A stretch of 64,000 nt of DNA, taken from NCBI RefSeq assembly GCF_040218025.1, contig NZ_JAVJQD010000025.1. One strand, 5' to 3'. This document shows positions 42,679 through 51,237 of this stretch, one piece after another (position 1 is the stretch's first letter; each line of letters starts with the position of its first letter). The notes under the pieces were generated by a model that worked only from the letters and a program-made list of their open reading frames with translations, searched no databases and had not been told where the DNA came from. A program made the translations under genes and the position numbers. Source of the DNA: Hoeflea sp. (GTDB taxonomy: Bacteria > Pseudomonadota > Alphaproteobacteria > Rhizobiales > Rhizobiaceae).

Positions 42679-43197
42679 CTATCCTCTGCCGAGCGCGTAG
42701 CGCCCCGGCCCGGTGGCGGCGAGGACGAGCAGGCCGCCGGCGATCGACCAGTTCTTCACGACGATCGTAAGCTGCCACGGGTCGGCGCCGAGCTTCCAGT
42801 GAAACCAGCTGGTGAGAATGCAGTAGCCGGCCATCGCAAGCGCCCAGAACGCTACGCCCGGGCCAAGCACGAGGCCCACCGCGGCGGCGGCATCGAAGGC
42901 TGCGACCGGCCAGATCAGCCAGCCCGGCAGCCCGAGCCAGCCCAGCATCTCGCTCGACGGTCCGGGATCGATCATCTTCTGCGCAGCTCCGGCGAGAAAC
43001 AGAAACGCCAGCAGCATCCGGCCTGCGAGATTGATGAGATCGCGGGTGCGATCGGATGCCGGGATGCCGGTCACGGGCACGACCCTCCAGTTCTGCGGCC
43101 CTGCCGGCTGGCAGGGCTGACTGGCGTGATACCAGAACGAACGCGTGAACGCACTTGGCGATGGCATAGGCCCATCGGCCGGTATCGTCTCGGCCAT
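42679..43197 (-). CDS. DoxX-family membrane protein
   Basis: C-terminal 110 aa (LINLAGRMLLAFLFLAGAAQKM...AMAGYCILTSWFHW...KNWSIAGGLL) is DoxX-like. The start could be 43197 or the downstream Met at 43167. Confidence 0.7.
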   Translation of the reverse strand: MAETIPADGPMPSPSAFTRSFWYHASQPCQPAGPQNWRVVPVTGIPASDRTRDLINLAGRMLLAFLFLAGAAQKMIDPGPSSEMLGWLGLPGWLIWPVAAFDAAAAVGLVLGPGVAFWALAMAGYCILTSWFHWKLGADPWQLTIVVKNWSIAGGLLVLAATGPGRYALGRG

Positions 43198-43217
43198 GCC
43201 GGCCCCCGGTCCGCGCT

Positions 43218-43685
43218 TCAACGCCGGCTGGCGGTGAGCAGCACCCCGGCGAAGATTAGCGCGATGCCGAGGATGGCTTTCAGGTCGATTGGTCGCCGGG
43301 ACAGACCGAACCAGCCGTAGTGATCGAACAGCGCAGCACCCGCCATGTTGCCCAGGATCACCAGCATCAGGAACAGCGTGACGCCCAGAACCGGCACCGC
43401 CTGCATCGAGACCATCACCTGGTAGGCGCCAAACAGCCCGCCGAGCCAGACCCACCAGGGCAGGGTCGCGAGCTGCCGCGCATCCGGGAGCCGCACCTGC
43501 CCGGCCAGCAGCGCCGCCCCCAGCACCAGCGTTGCCGTGGCAAAGGCAAGGAATGCCGGGGCCAGCGGGTTGCCGCCGACCAGCGCCGAAAGCCGCGCAT
43601 AGATCGGCCCCTGGGCAGCCACCAGCACGCCGCCCAGCACAACCGCGAAACCGGCGAGAAGCCCGCTTGTCATCTCCGGCCTCAC
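43218..43685 (-). CDS. DMT-family YdcZ/DUF606-like membrane protein
   Basis: Five hydrophobic helices; ...LGNMAGAALFDHYGWFG... is typical of YdcZ. It directly abuts the GNAT stop codon. Confidence 0.72.
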   Translation of the reverse strand: MRPEMTSGLLAGFAVVLGGVLVAAQGPIYARLSALVGGNPLAPAFLAFATATLVLGAALLAGQVRLPDARQLATLPWWVWLGGLFGAYQVMVSMQAVPVLGVTLFLMLVILGNMAGAALFDHYGWFGLSRRPIDLKAILGIALIFAGVLLTASRR

Positions 43686-44209
43686 AACGTCTTGTACATG
43701 TAGGTCGTGGCGTGCAGGCCCCCGCCATCGGCATCGAGCGCAAAGCCCGGAATCACGCCGGCGGTCCGGTAGCCCGCGGCGCGATACAGCGGCTCGGCCG
43801 CATCGCCCGTCCTCGTGTCGAGGGTGATCAGCGTCTTGCCCGCGGCTCTCGCGTGGGTTTCGACGGCTGCAAGCAGGGCCCGGCCCACGCCCCTCCGCCG
43901 TGCTTCGGGCGCCACCATCATCTTCGCCACCTCCGAGCGGTGAGGCTGGTTGGGCGGCAGCGCGGTGATGAGTTGCACCGTGCCGACGGGTCTACCGTCG
44001 AGCGACGCCGAAAGCAGCAATCGCCGTCCGGCCCGCACTTCGGGAAACACCTGGGTTTCGAAAAACCCCCGCCCGTCGGCCTCATCGAAGGGCTGCATGT
44101 AGCCGATCGTGGCCCCGCCGCTCACGGTTGCAGCCATGATCGAACCGAGGCGGTCGAGCTGACTATCAAGGACTGCGCCGGAAAGCACTGCCACGGAAAC
44201 TTCGGTCAT
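43682..44209 (-). CDS. GNAT-family N-acetyltransferase
   Basis: Start at MTEVSVAV (44209). Acetyl-CoA motif MVAPEARRRGVGRALLAAV. Confidence 0.85.
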   Translation of the reverse strand: MTEVSVAVLSGAVLDSQLDRLGSIMAATVSGGATIGYMQPFDEADGRGFFETQVFPEVRAGRRLLLSASLDGRPVGTVQLITALPPNQPHRSEVAKMMVAPEARRRGVGRALLAAVETHARAAGKTLITLDTRTGDAAEPLYRAAGYRTAGVIPGFALDADGGGLHATTYMYKTL

Positions 44210-44216
44210 GGGGTCC

Positions 44217-44765
44217 TCACAGGAGCAAGAGCATGTAGGAGGCGCCATCGACGCCGGTCTGGAACCGCGAGGCCCCGTAAAGCTGGTACCGCAGACAGTC
44301 CCCGGGGCCGAGTTCATGCGTGGCGCCGTCCACGGTGACCGTCAGCGCGCCCTCGATCATCACCAGATGATGCTCGTGCCACGGTTTGGAGGGGGCTGCG
44401 TAGGCGATGATCTGGTAGGGCTCGATCTCGCAGCGGATCACCTCGGCCGACAGCGCGCCACCCGGCGGCGAAACGACGCGGCGCCGGAAGCCGTTCTCCG
44501 GGTCGTGCCATTCGCTTTGCTCGTGCGCGTACACAAGCGCCTGGAACGGTGTTTCCACCGGCGCAAGCAATTGCGAGATCGTCATCCGGTAGGCACTCGA
44601 AAGACTGCCCAGCGTCTCCGCCGTCGGGCTCACTTCGCCGGTCTCGATGCGCGAAAGGGTGGAGCGGCTGATGCCGCTCCGCTCGGCCAGGTCCTGAAGC
44701 GACCAGCCGCGCGTCCCGCGCACCTGCTTGAGGCGTTCAGCCAGCCGTGCGTTGAGGTCGTTCAT
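44217..44765 (-). CDS. XRE-family HTH regulator with C-terminal cupin domain
   Basis: LKQVRGTRGWSLQDLAERSGISRSTLSRIETGE, plus a cupin C-terminal half. Confidence 0.88.
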   Translation of the reverse strand: MNDLNARLAERLKQVRGTRGWSLQDLAERSGISRSTLSRIETGEVSPTAETLGSLSSAYRMTISQLLAPVETPFQALVYAHEQSEWHDPENGFRRRVVSPPGGALSAEVIRCEIEPYQIIAYAAPSKPWHEHHLVMIEGALTVTVDGATHELGPGDCLRYQLYGASRFQTGVDGASYMLLLL

Positions 44766-44859
44766 TCAATTATTCCGAATATGAGAAAAATTCCCAGATA
44801 CGGAATATGCTTGAATCTCACGCTTCGTCAAGCGCCATGTCGCCGGGCTGTGCCCGGTT

Positions 44860-45894
44860 TCAGGCCAGCATCTGGAACAGCGCGCCGGCAAAGATAGCCC
44901 CGGATACGCCCAGTCCGATATAGGCGGCGAACACCTGTTTCCTGACCAAAGACCACACTGCCGCCATCGCCGGGATCGAACTGACCGCGCCGGAGATCAT
45001 GAAGGCCATTGCGGCGCCGTTGCTCATGCCCTGTTCGATCAGCCCTGCCAGCAGCGGCGGAGCCACATAGGAATTGAGGTAGGCCGGCATGCCCGCGAGT
45101 GCGGCAATGGCGATCGGCGCCAGCCCTTCGCCGCCCACCAGCCCGGCGATGGCCGACGCAGGCACATAGGTGACCAGCAACGCTTCCAGCACATAGGCCA
45201 GCGCCAGCCACTTGATCAGGAAGACGCCATTGACGATTGCCTCCTGGCGGAAGATCGCACGGCGGCTAGCGTCCTGCCAGAACCGCCACACCGGCTTGCC
45301 CGAGAACGGATCCGGCCCGCAGCCGCATCCCTTCCGCGTGTAGGTCCTGAGCGGGTTGCCGAATGCGCCGGCCCCCATCGCCGACTTGATCGCAAAGCCG
45401 CCGAACAGGCCGAGCGCGACGGCGGCCACCGCCTTGCCGATTGCGAACGGCCAGCCGAGCGCGGCCGCGGTGATCAGCAGCGTCGGCGGATCGATCAGGG
45501 GCGACGACAGCCAGAATGCCATCACAGCCGAAAGCGGCGCGCCCAGCGCCAGAAGTCCTGCGATGAACGGGATCACCTCGCAGGAGCAGAACGGAGCGAG
45601 CCCGCCGAACAGCGCCGCCATCACGATCATCCGCGTTTCGCGCCCCTTGAAAGCCGCCGCAATCGCCGCCTCCGCGCCAGCGGCCTTCAGGCCGGCGATC
45701 AGCGCCACGGCAAAAACGATATAGGGCAGGGTGCCGGCAAGCGCCGAGACCGCAAAGGCGAAGACCTCGGCAAGCTTCTCCGGATCCATCAGGGCCACGA
45801 GGGCAAGCGCCAACACCATCGCCGCCCAGGGAGTGGCGATCCATTCCTTGATGTCCCGGCCGGCCCGGCGGCCGGTTTCGGTCGCAACGCTCAT
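44860..45894 (-). CDS. COG0701/UPF0718-type permease (YraQ/ArsP-like)
   Basis: Polytopic membrane protein. Contains the FCSCEVIPF motif and a cytoplasmic loop with GCGCGPDPF. Its start overlaps the arsR-like stop (ATGA). Confidence 0.85.
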   Translation of the reverse strand: MSVATETGRRAGRDIKEWIATPWAAMVLALALVALMDPEKLAEVFAFAVSALAGTLPYIVFAVALIAGLKAAGAEAAIAAAFKGRETRMIVMAALFGGLAPFCSCEVIPFIAGLLALGAPLSAVMAFWLSSPLIDPPTLLITAAALGWPFAIGKAVAAVALGLFGGFAIKSAMGAGAFGNPLRTYTRKGCGCGPDPFSGKPVWRFWQDASRRAIFRQEAIVNGVFLIKWLALAYVLEALLVTYVPASAIAGLVGGEGLAPIAIAALAGMPAYLNSYVAPPLLAGLIEQGMSNGAAMAFMISGAVSSIPAMAAVWSLVRKQVFAAYIGLGVSGAIFAGALFQMLA

Positions 45895-46190
45895 GACGTC
45901 TCTCCCTGGTCGCTGCAGCAGTTTTCCAGAATGAATCCGGCCAGTGCATTGAGATGCCCGTAATTCGCTGTCGAGACGATCGAGCGCCCCTCCTTGCGCT
46001 GAACAATGAGATTGGCGGCGGCGAGAAACTTGAGGTGATGCGCCAGCGTCGAAGCGGCGATTCCTGTCCGAGCCTGAATGTCGCCGACGCTCAACCCCCT
46101 CTCTCCGGCCCGCACAAGCGTCTGCAGCACCGACAGCCGCGATTCCGAACCCATGGCCGAAAATCCCTGCGCCGCTTCAATCCCATTCAT
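45891..46190 (-). CDS. ArsR-family metalloregulator with C-terminal Cys pair
   Basis: SESRLSVLQTLVRAGERGLSVGDIQARTGIAASTLAHHLKFLAAANLI. The C-terminus ends ENCCSDQGETS. No CVC motif in helix 3. Confidence 0.88.
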   Translation of the reverse strand: MNGIEAAQGFSAMGSESRLSVLQTLVRAGERGLSVGDIQARTGIAASTLAHHLKFLAAANLIVQRKEGRSIVSTANYGHLNALAGFILENCCSDQGETS

Positions 46191-46384
46191 GGTCGCACCT
46201 CTAACAATTCTGTAAAACTAGTTATATCGAAATAAAAGATCCGTCAAGAGTTGCCTCCCGGGCCGGCCCCGCCAAATCGATCGACCTGTTCCGGGTTTTG
46301 GCTCGCCGGTCGTGCCCGTGTCCCGATTGTTGCCAGGCCGAACGCTTTGCTCACAGAACCTTAAGCCCTGGCCGCTATTGCTTC

Positions 46385-47800
46385 ATGGTGAAACTGGAGA
46401 CCCGGCTTATGCCCCAAAGCCTGTACCTCGCCCGCCCGGTCAATGATCGCCCGCGCACCTTCCGCCTCGCCGAACTGCTTGGCGCGCTGAGCTACGCGCT
46501 CGACCTCACGGAAGGCCAGCCCGCGGGTCACTGCATGCGCTGCTGCTACATCGGCACGCATATCGGCGAGGCGCTTGGCATGGAGGGAGAGGAGCTCTCG
46601 GACCTGTTCTACACGCTGCTGCTCAAGGATCTCGGTTGTTCCAGCAATGCCGCACGCATCTGTGAATTGTACCTGGCCGACGACATCAGCTTCAAACGCG
46701 ATTTCAAGACCATTGACGGAAGCCTTTCCTCCGCGCTGCGCTTCGTCTTCAAAAAGACCGGCCTCGAATCCGGCCTCAGCGAGCGCATTCGCGCAATCGT
46801 CAACATCCTGCAGAACGGCGGCGAGATTTCCCGCAGCCTGATCGAGACCCGCTGCCATCGCGGCGCCGACATCGCCGGCCGGATGCGCTTCTCGCAGGCG
46901 GTGCAGCAGGGCATTCTCTCGCTCGACGAGCACTGGGACGGGTCCGGCAAGCCCGAGGGCCTGAAGGGGCCCGCCATCCCGCGGACCTCCGGCATCGCGC
47001 TGCTTTCGCAGGTTATCGACATCTTCCACATTGAAAACGGGGCCGATGCGGCCCTGGCCGAAGCGAAGGCCCGCGCCGGCGGCTGGTTCGATCCAGCCCT
47101 GGTCGACGCCTTCATCGCGGCCCAGGCAGCCCCCGGTTTCTGGGAGACGCTCGCCTCGGACGACCTTGAGTCCTCGGTCTTCGCCATGGCCCCGGCGCAG
47201 GGCGCCGAACCGGTCGACGAGGACTATCTCGACGACATCGCCGCAGCCTTCTCCGATGTGGTCGACGCCAAGAGCCCTTTCACCGCCGACCATTCCAATC
47301 GTGTCACGCTCTACACGGACATGATCGCCGAAGAGATGGGGCTCGGTGACGCCCATCGCCGTTGGCTCCGCCGCGCGGCATTGCTGCACGATCTCGGCAA
47401 ACTCGGCGTGTCCAACCAGGTTCTCGACAAGCCCGGCAAGCCCGACGATGACGAGTGGGCCGCGATCCGCCGCCATCCCGCCCAGAGCGAGGCCATTCTC
47501 GCCCGTGTCGGGGCTTTCAACGACATAGCCCCGGTCGCCGCCGCCCATCACGAGCGCCTTGACGGCAAGGGCTATCCCTACGGCCTGAAGGGGGACGAAA
47601 TCTGCCTCGAGGCGCGCATCCTCACCGTCGCCGACGTCTTCGATGCGCTCTCCGCCGACCGGCCCTACCGTGCAGCCATGCCGATCTCAAAGGCGCTCGC
47701 CATCCTCGATTCCGACGCCGGAACCGCCTTCGATCCGGCATGCATCGAAGCCCTCAAGCAGGGCCTCGCCCGGCTCAACGCAGAAGTCGCCGCAGCCTGA
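46385..47800 (+). CDS. HD-GYP domain protein with an additional degenerate N-terminal HD-GYP-like domain
   Basis: C-terminal half is canonical (ADHSNRV...LLHDLGKLGV...HHERLDGKGYPYGL). N-terminal half is degenerate (GHCMRCC...LLKDLGCSS...DEHWDGSGKPEGL). The start could be 46385 or 46409. Confidence 0.85.
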   Translation: MVKLETRLMPQSLYLARPVNDRPRTFRLAELLGALSYALDLTEGQPAGHCMRCCYIGTHIGEALGMEGEELSDLFYTLLLKDLGCSSNAARICELYLADDISFKRDFKTIDGSLSSALRFVFKKTGLESGLSERIRAIVNILQNGGEISRSLIETRCHRGADIAGRMRFSQAVQQGILSLDEHWDGSGKPEGLKGPAIPRTSGIALLSQVIDIFHIENGADAALAEAKARAGGWFDPALVDAFIAAQAAPGFWETLASDDLESSVFAMAPAQGAEPVDEDYLDDIAAAFSDVVDAKSPFTADHSNRVTLYTDMIAEEMGLGDAHRRWLRRAALLHDLGKLGVSNQVLDKPGKPDDDEWAAIRRHPAQSEAILARVGAFNDIAPVAAAHHERLDGKGYPYGLKGDEICLEARILTVADVFDALSADRPYRAAMPISKALAILDSDAGTAFDPACIEALKQGLARLNAEVAAA

Positions 47801-47832
47801 CGCGGAGCTTGCCCTGTATGGTCAGTCAAGAC

Positions 47833-48156
47833 TTACCTGCTGGCGCACTCCCAATGACGGGCCACGACCGTGCCTCCGGGCCCCGTAAACCTGTCCATCC
47901 CGGTGGGAAAGTGCCTCGACTGCTCCAGTGTGACCTCGCGCCCCACTGCGGCCACCGTGCCCGCCGGTTGGCGCTCCGGCACATGCGGACGGATGTCCGG
48001 GCCGTGTCCCGTTAAGCCATGCCGGTCGCTACGGCACACGCCGGTGGCGCCGGGCTCGATCCGGCGCGAGAAGAAACATTTCGGCCCGGGAACTACACCC
48101 GGATCATCGAAACGGGGAGGGGGGAATTTGAATCCGGAGCCTGAATGGCCGGACCC
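47833..48156 (-). pseudogene. relic of a Zn-dependent alcohol dehydrogenase (N-terminal GroES-like part only)
   Basis: Hand translation of the minus strand gives FDDPGVVPGPKCFFSRRIEPGATGVCRSDRHGLTGHGPDIRPHVPERQPAGTVAAVGREVT...TGMDRFTGP. This parallels the MDR-family pattern GVCRSD.H...GH.PDI..PHVPGHE.AG.V.AVG..VT....GDRVTVP. However, the catalytic GHE is lost, there is no start codon, and a stop follows after about 100 aa. Confidence 0.55.
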
Positions 48157-48159
48157 GAC

Positions 48160-48924
48160 CTAGCCGGTCATGAAGTGGATGTGCGGGCGGCTGTGAAACG
48201 GCGAGGTGCTGATCCCGGCCTCAATCCGGAACACCTCGCGCAGCAGCGGTACGGTGATCACGTCCGCCGGCGCGCCGCTCGCAATCACCCGGCCGCCGTT
48301 CAGCACCACGATCCGGTCGCAGAACATCGCCGCAAGATTGAGATCGTGCAGCGCCACCACGCTGGTCAGGTCGAGATCGCGCACCAGCCGCAGGATCTCG
48401 ATCTGGTGGTGAATGTCGAGATGGTTTGTCGGCTCGTCGAGAAACAGAACCCGGGGCGTCTGTGCAAGCGCCCGCGCGATGTGCACGCGCTGCCGCTCGC
48501 CGCCCGAAAGCGTTTGCCAGGCCTGGGCCTTCCGGGCGGACATGTCGACCCGGTCGAGCGCCGTCGTCACGGCGGCCTGATCTTCGGCGGTCCACCCCGA
48601 CAGCGCCGAACGGTGCGGTGTGCGTCCGAGCCGCACCACATCCAGCACGCTCACATTGGTGTCGGTCGCGGCGTTCTGTTGCACAAAAGCCACCTGTCGC
48701 GACAGCGCCCGGCGCGACACCTTGGAGACATCCTGACCGAGCACGCTTACCTGTCCCGAATCCGGGCGCCTGAGCCCCGCCAGCAGTCGCAGCAGTGAGG
48801 ATTTGCCCGATCCGTTCGGACCGATCAGCCCCAGTGTTTCCCCCGGCGCCACCGCCAGCGACACGTCCGACACGATGGCTCTGCGCCTGACGCCCCAAAC
48901 CAGGTTCTCGGCAACGATGCTCAT
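48160..48924 (-). CDS. ABC transporter ATP-binding protein (iron-siderophore/FecE type)
   Basis: Walker A GPNGSGKSS, signature LSGGERQR, Walker B VLFLDEPTNHLD. Confidence 0.93.
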   Translation of the reverse strand: MSIVAENLVWGVRRRAIVSDVSLAVAPGETLGLIGPNGSGKSSLLRLLAGLRRPDSGQVSVLGQDVSKVSRRALSRQVAFVQQNAATDTNVSVLDVVRLGRTPHRSALSGWTAEDQAAVTTALDRVDMSARKAQAWQTLSGGERQRVHIARALAQTPRVLFLDEPTNHLDIHHQIEILRLVRDLDLTSVVALHDLNLAAMFCDRIVVLNGGRVIASGAPADVITVPLLREVFRIEAGISTSPFHSRPHIHFMTG

Positions 48925-49961
48925 GATTGCGGTCTCGCGCGGTACAGGATGATGGCGAAGAACGGCACGCCCACCAGCGCGGTCACCACGCCGATCGGGA
49001 TGGTCTGCTGCGCCACGATTACCCGGGAGACGATGTCGGCCGAAACCATGAACACCGCACCCGTCACCGCGCAGGCCGGGATGAGCCTGAGGTGCAACGG
49101 GCCGATCACGTAACGCGCGGCATGCGGGACCACCAGCCCGACGAAACCGATGGCGCCCACCATGCTGACGATCGTAGCCGTCAGCAGCGCCGTCACCGCG
49201 AACATCACCAGCCGGATCCGCGCCACCGGAATGCCGAGTGCCGCGGCATCCTCATCGCCGAAGGTGAACGCATCGAGCGCGCGCGCCATGTAGATGCAGA
49301 TCCCGAAACAGACGATGATTACCACAAGCAGCAACTGGAAATCCGGCCAGCGCACGCCGCCGAAACTGCCGAGCAGCCAGAACATGACGTCGCGCGCCTG
49401 CTGCGCATTGCCGGATGTGGTGACGATATAGGAGGTGAGCGCGTTGAAAAGCTGTGAGGCGGCGACGCCCGCCAGGATCGTGTGGTTGGGGCCGCTGGTT
49501 GCGCCGTTCGACAATAATGCAACCAGCGCGAATGCTGCGAAAGCCCCGCCGAATGCGCCCAGTGGCAGCGACAGCGCACCCCCGCCCAGGCCCAGCACGA
49601 TCACTGCGACCGCGCCGGTTGACGCGCCGGCGGAGACGCCGAGCACGAACGGCTCGGCCAGCGCATTGCGCAACAACGCCTGCAGGATCGCCCCCGAGAT
49701 CGCAAGGCCTGCGCCGGCGAGCGCCGCCACGAGCGCCCGGCTCAGCCGCAGGTCCCAAACCACGCTTTCTTCGATCCGCGGAATCTCCGCCGTGCTCAGT
49801 CCCAGCCGGTTGGTCACGGCGAGAAACACCGTGCGCAGGCTGATCGAATAGTCGCCGATCGCCGCCGCCACGGCGACCGCCAGCGCCAGGGTGACGGCCG
49901 AGAGCGTCAGAAGCAGCGCAAGGCCGAAGGCTCCGCCGTCTCGCTGGCCCGCATCGATCAT
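48921..49961 (-). CDS. FecCD-family ABC permease
   Basis: 346 aa, about 9-10 TM helices. 4-nt overlaps with both neighbouring genes. Confidence 0.9.
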   Translation of the reverse strand: MIDAGQRDGGAFGLALLLTLSAVTLALAVAVAAAIGDYSISLRTVFLAVTNRLGLSTAEIPRIEESVVWDLRLSRALVAALAGAGLAISGAILQALLRNALAEPFVLGVSAGASTGAVAVIVLGLGGGALSLPLGAFGGAFAAFALVALLSNGATSGPNHTILAGVAASQLFNALTSYIVTTSGNAQQARDVMFWLLGSFGGVRWPDFQLLLVVIIVCFGICIYMARALDAFTFGDEDAAALGIPVARIRLVMFAVTALLTATIVSMVGAIGFVGLVVPHAARYVIGPLHLRLIPACAVTGAVFMVSADIVSRVIVAQQTIPIGVVTALVGVPFFAIILYRARPQS

Positions 49962-51019
49962 TTTGAAAGGTCGAGCGCCTTGAGCTGTTCGGCCACCTGC
50001 TCGGCGCCGTAGAGCGTGCGGATACTCGGGTTCATCGCGGCTCCGCTCATGGTCACGATGCGCCCGTTCTCAACGGCCGGCATCTGGCTGACCGTAGGAT
50101 CGGATTTCAGAAACGAGATCTTGTTTTCGGCCTTGTCGAGATCCCAGCGGTTGCGGTCCACCTGGGCAACCACCATCACCTTCGGATCGGCGGCCATGAT
50201 CCCCTCCCAGCCCAACGTCGGCCATTCGGCATCGGTGGCGATCGCATTCCGCCCGCCGAGCACGTCGGCAATGTAGCCCGAGGGTCCGTTGCCGCCGCCC
50301 AGATAGGCGTCGTCGGCGGGCGAAGGACTTGAGAACCAGAACAGGAACGTCAGATCCGCGTTGGCGCTGAACTGCGCCCTCAGCGCCGCCTCGCGCGCCC
50401 TGAAATCCGCAATAAGCGCCTCGCCGCGCTCGGCCACGTCGAAAATGCGCGAAAGATCCTCGATCTCCTTGTAGAGCAGGTCCATGCTCCACAGTTCCGC
50501 CCGGTCGCCATAGGCATCGGTGGCGTTGCCGGCGGTCGAGCAGGCGCTTGGCGAAAGATAGGTGGGGATGCCGAGCGCGTGGAAATCCTCGCGCTTGGCC
50601 ACCTTGCTGTCGGGGCCAAGCAGCGTCACCAGCATCGCCGCCACGAAGTCGGGCTGCTTGGAAAGCACGGATTCGAGCGTCGGAAATTCGACTGTCAGCA
50701 CCTCGACCCTGTTGTTGGCGTCCTTGACCTCGTCGAGCACGGCGTTGGGCCAGAAAGCCGTCGCCCCCATCCGGTCCTCAAGGCCCAGGAGCAGCAGGAT
50801 CTCGGCGCTGTTCTGCCCCAGCGCCACCGCGTTTTCGGGGGGCTTGTCGAATGTCACGTCCAGCCCGCAATTCTCGATCGTCAGCGGGTAGGCAGTGCGC
50901 TCGGCGCCCGATGCAGGGGAGGCAAGCGCCGTCGAGGCAAGCCCGGAGCAGGCAAGCCCGGAGCAGGCAAGCGTTGCGGCGGCGGCAGCCATGATCAAGA
51001 GGCTTTTCTTCAACATCAC
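49958..51019 (-). CDS. periplasmic substrate-binding protein (siderophore/cobalamin-type, cluster A-2)
   Basis: Signal peptide plus a typical Peripla_BP_2-like layout. First gene of a three-gene operon. Confidence 0.85.
   Translation of the reverse strand: MMLKKSLLIMAAAAATLACSGLACSGLASTALASPASGAERTAYPLTIENCGLDVTFDKPPENAVALGQNSAEILLLLGLEDRMGATAFWPNAVLDEVKDANNRVEVLTVEFPTLESVLSKQPDFVAAMLVTLLGPDSKVAKREDFHALGIPTYLSPSACSTAGNATDAYGDRAELWSMDLLYKEIEDLSRIFDVAERGEALIADFRAREAALRAQFSANADLTFLFWFSSPSPADDAYLGGGNGPSGYIADVLGGRNAIATDAEWPTLGWEGIMAADPKVMVVAQVDRNRWDLDKAENKISFLKSDPTVSQMPAVENGRIVTMSGAAMNPSIRTLYGAEQVAEQLKALDLSK
50936..50965. repeat. 15-bp x 2 in-frame tandem duplication inside the SBP signal peptide
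   Basis: GGCAAGCCCGGAGCA at 50936-50950 and 50951-50965 (a partial third copy follows). On the minus strand it encodes ACSGL-ACSGL. Confidence 0.9.
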
Positions 51020-51035
51020 GATGTTCCTGATTATC

Positions 51036-51050
51036 TGACCCGAATTGTCA
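51036..51050. promoter_or_regulatory. TGA-N9-TCA motif (RirA IRO-box-like) just upstream of the iron ABC operon
   Basis: TGAcccgaattgTCA lies 17-31 nt upstream of the SBP start codon. The motif is short, so chance occurrence is plausible. Confidence 0.25.
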
Positions 51051-51237
51051 TGTTTCCCCTATCCGCAGCGCCGTAGGGAATCAAGAGTATTCTACTCATG
51101 TTTTTGCATCGCCGTTTCCGCCCCATGCAAATGCCCGGGTCGCCTCCGCGGCCCCATGCCAATTTCCTGAGCATTGACGTATGTCATTTCGCGCGGCGCC
51201 CGCCTGCGCGAGACTTGGGTCGAAGGAGGACAAGGCC

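Noticed and set aside
50930-51019. Lipoprotein lipobox in the duplicated ACSGL-ACSGL segment of the substrate-binding protein
   Set aside because: The residues preceding each Cys (T-L-A-C and G-L-A-C) do not fit the L-[AS]-[GA]-C consensus at position -3. A signal-peptidase-I site (ALA|S) follows, so a lipoprotein call is not supported.
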